In this document: piece by piece, positions 58,211-64,000 of the stretch
Layout of the letters: each line of letters starts with the position of its first letter
Numbering within the stretch: position 1 is the first letter of the stretch
Source: Planctomycetota bacterium
GTDB lineage: Bacteria; Planctomycetota; UBA8108; UBA1146
Direction of reading: 5' to 3'
Length of the DNA: 64,000 nucleotides
Assembly: GCA_013911165.1 (NCBI GenBank)
Contig: JACETR010000005.1
Coordinates: 3,109 to 67,108, forward strand
Made by a program: the position numbers and the translations under genes
Notes under the pieces: generated by a model
The model's database searches: none
What the model was told of the DNA's origin: nothing
What the model saw: only the letters and a program-made list of their open reading frames with translations

Positions 58211-60337
58211 CTACCAACGATTTTGAAGGATCTTCTCAAATGAGAAGGAGACCCAATCGAGATCCGGCAAATGTGAGTTGAACTCAGGAAGCTCGAAAGA
58301 TCCTCTTAACTCGTAAGCGTTACTGACTCCGACAAGGACGTATGAACGGTGCTTGAGAGGCTTGAAGGGCTCACGCTCGGCGGCTTCTTCCTTCTTGTCT
58401 CCCGATTTCTCGCCGTCGGGAGGATCCTGTAGAGCGAGAGTTCGGGTTTTGGCGTCCCCCGATTTCTCAGCATCTTTCTCTTCGTCCTTCTTTGGTGGCT
58501 CCGGAGCTCGATCTTCATACTCGAAGACGAAGGCTTCCAGTCCACCCAACTCACCCTCCAGTTGAACCACGTTATCGTATTTTTTTCGCAGTGCAGGCAA
58601 CAGGTCCGCCTGGACCCAGTCTTCTGGAGTCTGGGTCTCCTCAGATTTTGAGAGCAGACGCACGCGAATCTCATTGCGGGTATCACCCTTGCGCAGAAGC
58701 ACCAGATCGCGGTCCTCGATGTCTTCCAGAATGAAATCCCACTGCGAATTAGGTCGCGTGATTTTGAACATGAAATCCATGGACGTGAAGACATCGCCTT
58801 CGATCTCACCTGCAGGGTCAGGCTTGAGGGAGAGGACGTAAGCTTGCCAGTCCTTCTCCATCTCTGCCACGCTGCCGAAGTACTTTTCTGCCAATTCGTT
58901 GAACTGACGTTGGGCGACTCTGCGCTTCTCTCCCATGATCCAATACTCTGCGAGGAATCGTTGTCCCTTTTTGCTCTCAGGGCCATTGATCAGGTAGTGC
59001 CAAACTGCCCACGAATCCGCATAGTGGGTACCGCTGAAACGGTTCCGTGCAAGCCCCCCCAACTTGGACAGGGGGGTGTGCTTGTTTTCACGGATCTTGT
59101 CCTGAATGTGGAAGAGACGATCCCTGGGAATCAAGCCACTGACGATCTTTTTCTTTTTGTAATCCAGCTTGGAGCCATCTCCGAAGTAAACCGCCATCCC
59201 TTCGATGTACCAGTTGGGATAATTCCCCATATTGGCCATCTTCTTGCCCTGGAAAGCGTGGGTTCCCTCATGGGCCAGAACGGTATAGGTGGTTCCGGTC
59301 AGGCCGAAGGTCCCGTGATAGGCGACCACATTCTGACTGGAAGGTTGATAGAACCCACCAACCCCCGGTCCCATTCCCGTCTTGAGCATGAATTCATCAT
59401 GATTGCGGTAAATCTTGACGACCGGTTTTTGGCGACGGACATCCTTGGCTTTGAAAAACTTGCCCAGTGTTGAAGAGAGCGCTTCCATAATCCATTGATA
59501 GGTTCGCGAGACTTCAGGAGTGCTATTGCACTCAATCTGCCAATTTCGGGACTTGATGATGCTCCGATTGGGCCAGGGAACCCCTTCGTACTCTTTACGC
59601 TTCTTCTCTTCAAATTTCTCCCGGTTCTCACGGCGCTTTTCCAACTCTTTCTCTCGGCGTTTTTTTTGCTCTGGAGAGAGTGCTTCAGCCGTACTGCCAG
59701 GTGCGGGAGATGCTTTTGGAACCCGGGGCGCAGGATTCGGGACAGGAGGCTTTTCGGGAGACACTCCCGATTCTCCTTTTCCGCCTGGTGCAGACAACTT
59801 GCCACCCGAAAGACTCCAGCCTTTGGCGATCAAATCCTTGACCTCGGAAGGTTTTTTCCAGGCTCCGTCTGCTGTCTGCCCCCAACCCAGCGCGATCCTT
59901 GCGGGCTCATTTTCAGGATCCAGCTCGAGGACTCTTTGATAAGCACTCACCGACTGGGCTGAAAGCCCCCTCTGCTCCGCCCAGCGAGCGAGATCCAGAA
60001 AAGCCTTGGCAGACCCCCGACGGTTGGCGCTTTTTTCTCGCTTGCGAAATTCGCGGCGATCCACTTCTTCACCACGGATCACTTCTTCGATCCGGGAACT
60101 TTCGATGGTGGTCACACCAAAGACACTTTTGACGGAAATCTCCGTCTCAGTCTCCTCCACCAGTTCTCCGACCACTTCGCTGCCATCCTTGAGAACGACG
60201 ATCACTCTCTCGCCCAACTGCAATGTCAGGAAGTTTTCTGACTCTGTTGAACTCCCTGCGATCAGATCACCCAACCCTCCGAGGAAGAGAGTCGTCAAGA
60301 TCGTGTAAAAGACAAAATGTTTTGAAGTGGTCATCAT
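58211..60337 (-). CDS. Secreted DUF1570-like putative zinc metallopeptidase (HExxH), paralog A
   Basis: Signal peptide 'FVFYTILTTLFLGGLGDLIAG', small beta module 'GERVIVVLKDGSEVVGELVE', TPR-like segment, 'VLAHEGTHAFQG...NWYIEGMAVYFGDGS'. Start ATG at 60337, after the upstream stop at 60354. Confidence 0.7.
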   Translation of the reverse strand: MMTTSKHFVFYTILTTLFLGGLGDLIAGSSTESENFLTLQLGERVIVVLKDGSEVVGELVEETETEISVKSVFGVTTIESSRIEEVIRGEEVDRREFRKREKSANRRGSAKAFLDLARWAEQRGLSAQSVSAYQRVLELDPENEPARIALGWGQTADGAWKKPSEVKDLIAKGWSLSGGKLSAPGGKGESGVSPEKPPVPNPAPRVPKASPAPGSTAEALSPEQKKRREKELEKRRENREKFEEKKRKEYEGVPWPNRSIIKSRNWQIECNSTPEVSRTYQWIMEALSSTLGKFFKAKDVRRQKPVVKIYRNHDEFMLKTGMGPGVGGFYQPSSQNVVAYHGTFGLTGTTYTVLAHEGTHAFQGKKMANMGNYPNWYIEGMAVYFGDGSKLDYKKKKIVSGLIPRDRLFHIQDKIRENKHTPLSKLGGLARNRFSGTHYADSWAVWHYLINGPESKKGQRFLAEYWIMGEKRRVAQRQFNELAEKYFGSVAEMEKDWQAYVLSLKPDPAGEIEGDVFTSMDFMFKITRPNSQWDFILEDIEDRDLVLLRKGDTRNEIRVRLLSKSEETQTPEDWVQADLLPALRKKYDNVVQLEGELGGLEAFVFEYEDRAPEPPKKDEEKDAEKSGDAKTRTLALQDPPDGEKSGDKKEEAAEREPFKPLKHRSYVLVGVSNAYELRGSFELPEFNSHLPDLDWVSFSFEKILQNRW

Positions 60338-60353
60338 GGTTTCCCAGAGGGAC

Positions 60354-62321
60354 TCAGCCCGTGTATTTGAATTTTTCAGTGTACTCTTCGAAGAACTTCT
60401 CGGCACTTTCCCAGTCAGAGGTCTCACACTCCAAAACGTTTCCGTAAATTTTGTCAGGAGAGCCAAAGAAGCCGACCGCAAAGCGACGCTCTTCGCCCAA
60501 CTGGGGAGTGTTGTTTTCACCGAGGCCTATGACACGTTTGCCATCAAAGACCGCCACCATCATGGGATTTCCTCCCATCTGACGCTCTTGAAGTTCATCG
60601 ACAAATTTCACATCCCGAAAGATATTGCCCACCAGTGAACGGGCGTAATCCTCGCTCAATTCAGCATGCTGCCAATTGGGCCAGGCGTAGGTGGACGCCC
60701 TGCGTTTTTTGGAGCCGGTACTGGTGGAAGCGACAACCTCATCCGAGTACAGCGATCCGGATTTTTCCCAGCGCCATCCCGCAGGCTTGGTGATCTCCAA
60801 TTTGATCGCTTCACTGGAGAACTCCCGGCCACGCTTGCGACCGATTTCTTCCACGGGCAACTTGAGGATCCAGTTCTTGTATTCCTCTTCCCACTCATCG
60901 ATAGACAAGCCGGTATGCTTCGTGATCAGGCCCTCGAAGAACTGTGCCTCTTGTTCGTAGTTGCACATCCCGTCCATTTCCTGAACGTGATAGAGCCAAT
61001 CCTCGAGAACCTTGCCGCCGGTATTCTCTTTGGTAGTCCATGCTTTGACGGGAGCCTGATTACCGTAGATGCACCAGTAGAGGATTCCCCAAGCATGACC
61101 GTAGAAGAATCCACTGAAACGCTGCTGTGGTACTCTCAACAACTTGCGAAGATCACAGTAGGAGCCGTCCTCGATCGCCTGCTGCAAGCCAACCAGCCTG
61201 TCACGGGGGATCTGGTTGATCTCCACTTTGCGGCGGCCAATCTTTGAGCCATCACCAAAGTAGACTGCCAATCCCTCAATAAACCAGATCGGCAAGAAGC
61301 GCAGGTCCTTGAAGATCATGCCCTCGAACTGGTGGGTCCCCTCGTGCGCGAGGACTTCTTCCGTACTGCCGGTGGAGCCGAAGGATCCGTGGTATCCGGT
61401 CACATCCTGACGCAACAGATTGTAAAAACCGCCGATACCAGGACCATTTCCGGTCCAGTCCATGAACTGCTGATGGTTTGCATGGATGTAAACATCACTG
61501 CGAGGGCTCTTGCGAAACTTGCGTGGCCAGAATTTCTCGATAAAGACTTTATCGTAGGCCTTGTAGAGGGCCTCCATCACATCCGCGTAGTAGCGGGCGT
61601 TCTCCTCGGTGGAGTTGCAATAGACGACGTAGTTGGTCGTCACAATCGGCTCAACCTCGGCCCAGGCTCTGCCCCGGAGTTCGACCACATAGGCATCCCT
61701 GCCCTTGAGGGATTCAGCCCTGCGTGCTGCAGAATCGGCCTCTTCACGCTCAGCGATCTCGTCTGGAGTCAGCCATTCTCCTCCGTAGAGTTGTTTGCCC
61801 TGGGCTGCCATCGCTTCCTCGAGTGGCATCCACTTTCCGTCGTGTTCGACCTCACCCAAAGCCTTGCGTGCACGGGCATTGTTGGATTGGAGTTTGGTCG
61901 CCTCACGGAAGGCTTGACGACTGAGCTCGATCTCACCCTGCTCGACAGCCCAATCGCCCAGATCGCACCAGTCGTTGGCGGTCTTGCAGTCAGCGGCTCG
62001 CTCTTCGTATTGCTCAGCAAGAGTTTTGAATCGTTCCCATTCGAGAAGATCCTGACGTGAGACCTTTGCCGTACCAAACTTGTGCTTGATCGAGATAGAG
62101 TCACCACTCTTCTCTACGATCTCTCCTTCATATCTTCCACCCCGGCGAAGAACCACTCTGACCCGGTCACCGACCTTGAGTGCAGAGAACTCGTCAACCT
62201 CGCTGGCGGAACCAACAGGACTGGACGCATGGGTTTCTGCCATAAAGTCCGCGGAGCAGAGGAAACAGAGGAAAACCAGAAGACAACCGCGGAGGAAGGT
62301 TGAATGGAGGGACAGTGACAT
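60354..62321 (-). CDS. Secreted DUF1570-like putative zinc metallopeptidase (HExxH), paralog B
   Basis: ATG at 62321 preceded by 'aaggag'. Signal peptide 'LRGCLLVFLCFLCSADF', module 'VGDRVRVVLRRGGRYEGEIVE', 'VLAHEGTHQFEG...IWFIEGLAVYFGDGS'. Collinear similarity to paralog A. Confidence 0.7.
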   Translation of the reverse strand: MSLSLHSTFLRGCLLVFLCFLCSADFMAETHASSPVGSASEVDEFSALKVGDRVRVVLRRGGRYEGEIVEKSGDSISIKHKFGTAKVSRQDLLEWERFKTLAEQYEERAADCKTANDWCDLGDWAVEQGEIELSRQAFREATKLQSNNARARKALGEVEHDGKWMPLEEAMAAQGKQLYGGEWLTPDEIAEREEADSAARRAESLKGRDAYVVELRGRAWAEVEPIVTTNYVVYCNSTEENARYYADVMEALYKAYDKVFIEKFWPRKFRKSPRSDVYIHANHQQFMDWTGNGPGIGGFYNLLRQDVTGYHGSFGSTGSTEEVLAHEGTHQFEGMIFKDLRFLPIWFIEGLAVYFGDGSKIGRRKVEINQIPRDRLVGLQQAIEDGSYCDLRKLLRVPQQRFSGFFYGHAWGILYWCIYGNQAPVKAWTTKENTGGKVLEDWLYHVQEMDGMCNYEQEAQFFEGLITKHTGLSIDEWEEEYKNWILKLPVEEIGRKRGREFSSEAIKLEITKPAGWRWEKSGSLYSDEVVASTSTGSKKRRASTYAWPNWQHAELSEDYARSLVGNIFRDVKFVDELQERQMGGNPMMVAVFDGKRVIGLGENNTPQLGEERRFAVGFFGSPDKIYGNVLECETSDWESAEKFFEEYTEKFKYTG

Positions 62322-62612
62322 CGAAACTCCTTGGTGTTGATCCGGCTTGTTTACCGGATCCGGAACACTTTTCAGCACAGTGGAAAGAGAGGATTTCAAT
62401 GCCTTCCCGACACCGAATCGACTCTCTGAAATCCAAATCTCCGGTTCCTGATTCCGGCACCATGATTCCGACACCATGATTCCCTGACGGGCTCATGCTG
62501 AATCCCTGAACATTGGCAGATCTGGCGGTGCCCTCACCGCAAGTGGAGCACTCCTCAAAGTTTAGATGAGGGGAAGTTGCGGGGCAAGTCTGGCGAAGGC
62601 CTTAAATGGGGT

Positions 62613-64000
62613 TTAAGGGCGGTTCCAGAGGGTTTTTTGGGCATTTTCCAAAAGCAGGGCTCGCCACTGGCTCAGGGCCACGGTCCCCTCCACCCGAATG
62701 GCGCGAATCATGACCGGACTGTCGAAGGTCTGGAAGGCGATTCCACCCTTTCCCGGCTTTTCTTTTCGCGGAAAACTCAAGACGTTACGACCATTCAGTG
62801 ACATCTCGGATCCCTCCGGAGTATCCAGCAACTCGACCTGCAATAACTGGCCAGGGATCAACCGGGGCCCCATGACCGGCAGCGGAAATGGAAGCGGATC
62901 TTCTCCGGAATCGGAATCAGGCAACTTCATGTCCGGAACTTTCATGATCCCGTGGGCGGGCAGAAGCACCGTTTCACCTGCGGAAGTATAGGAAGATCTC
63001 TCAGGGGGACGAAATCCCAAACCGAACCAAAGTGGGACTTCACTTCCGGTCCAGAGAATCAGGTTGAGATTCGGCTTTTCCCTGACCGTGATCGCGCCTT
63101 CAATCAGCAGGCGAACCGTCTCCTCAAATGGCAGTTGCGACTGGAGATCGATCCTGCCGCGAATCAGGACACCACCGCCCCGAGCATCCTTCAAGTCCCC
63201 CTTTGATCCCCCGGACCAATCCGCAGCAATCCCTGCCGAAGAATTCCAGATCAGACCCAATTCAAACCGGGGAGAATCCCCTGAGGCCGAAGTGGAAGAG
63301 TTTTCCTGTCGCGACCACTCCACCCTCGCGGCACCTGAAAAAAGACCGATGGCCGTGGGCCCGATTTCCACCTGAGGCAAAATCCACCAATCTTCAAGGG
63401 TTCGCCTCCGGGAATCAGACCACTGATCTCTGCCAAAACGCTGTATCAGTGCCTCCACCGACGCTCGCAACCCGGTTTCCTCTCCGGAATCGGCGAGGGC
63501 TTCCAGTTCTTGCCATGCCTGATTCAGTCGCCACTCCCGTGTGATGGCACTGGCTTCCTCCAAAACCGGAGACAGGCCTGGTACAACCACGCCCGCCTCC
63601 ACTGCTTCCAATCCACCCCAGAGGAGGATCAATCGTGGATCAGGAGAAGAAGTCCGCTCCCCCTCTGCCGATGTCAGCCAATCCGCACTCCACAGTGGAT
63701 CGATTTCAGACCAGGAAAGAACGACCGGCTCTTTTCTTCCGACAGGTTTGACCACCAGTCTTGCCGATTCGACCTCCAGTAATCGTGCTTTCAAATTTGA
63801 GCCCGATAGCAGAGGGATCGTCTGCGTGGCATTCCGTGCCAATGATTGACGCAAGGCTCGAATCACACTCCGTTGAAGAGACTCTATCCTTGACAGCTCC
63901 TCGACAAACTCAGCCTTCCTTGAATCGAATCGGGTTCCGGGCAACCAACCCTGAATCGCTCCATCCGTGAGTACTTCAAAATTCCCGGTCTCGAGAACGG
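62613..64000 (-). CDS. Protein of unknown function, 5'-truncated by the window edge, with a possible C-terminal DUF1080/LamG-like jelly-roll
   Basis: The frame stays open upstream of the listed TTG at 63944 through to nt 64000. The C-terminus 'GGIAFQTFDSPVMIRAIRVEG' weakly resembles the DUF1080 ending. Confidence 0.45.
   Translation of the reverse strand, partial: VLETGNFEVLTDGAIQGWLPGTRFDSRKAEFVEELSRIESLQRSVIRALRQSLARNATQTIPLLSGSNLKARLLEVESARLVVKPVGRKEPVVLSWSEIDPLWSADWLTSAEGERTSSPDPRLILLWGGLEAVEAGVVVPGLSPVLEEASAITREWRLNQAWQELEALADSGEETGLRASVEALIQRFGRDQWSDSRRRTLEDWWILPQVEIGPTAIGLFSGAARVEWSRQENSSTSASGDSPRFELGLIWNSSAGIAADWSGGSKGDLKDARGGGVLIRGRIDLQSQLPFEETVRLLIEGAITVREKPNLNLILWTGSEVPLWFGLGFRPPERSSYTSAGETVLLPAHGIMKVPDMKLPDSDSGEDPLPFPLPVMGPRLIPGQLLQVELLDTPEGSEMSLNGRNVLSFPRKEKPGKGGIAFQTFDSPVMIRAIRVEGTVALSQWRALLLENAQKTLWNRP

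Overview
All calls come from reading the sequence and the supplied ORF translations. No database search or computation was run, so family names rest on motif recognition. The window is a gene-dense chromosomal segment, moderately GC-rich by eye (not computed), from a diderm bacterium. The gene content (HTTM/VKGC-like protein, DUF1570-type HExxH proteins, many prepilin-type N-termini, a Lys-rich Rho N-terminus, long intergenic leaders) suggests Planctomycetota/PVC; that placement is inference only. Most of the window is housekeeping. Recognised genes are lepB (5'-partial), lptB, RNase P RNA (rnpB), dnaG-rpoD, rsmA, an OmpA-family gene, recG, dnaA, cinA, tatC, polA, coaE, rho, accB-accC, rluD-like, etfB-etfA, mlaE-mlaF-mlaD, a CaCA exchanger, a CDF transporter and a 1614-aa NAD-specific glutamate dehydrogenase. 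I found no tRNA, rRNA, CRISPR array, transposase, integrase or obvious defence genes. Many long ORFs antisense to real genes are treated as GC-driven artefacts. The most unusual content is a co-directional cluster of about 12 kb (38.9-50.7 kb). It links a cytoplasmic FHA-histidine kinase and a REC-only regulator to a 1636-aa secreted double beta-propeller/TPR/CBM9-like protein, a lipoprotein built from about 20 short 'h-W/F-P-h-aromatic' repeats, and an MlaEFD-type transporter with no mlaA, mlaB or mlaC partner nearby. Other items worth a second look:
- a membrane-anchored coiled-coil protein with a C-terminal BRCT-like domain
- a TatC with an insertion of about 180-200 aa in the TM1-TM2 loop
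- a tightly coupled five-gene pseudopilin operon with no adjacent gspD, gspE or gspF
- tandem DUF1570-type putative metallopeptidase paralogs
- an HTH/acidic/TM protein
- a dnaA locus without dnaN linkage and without recognisable DnaA-box clusters
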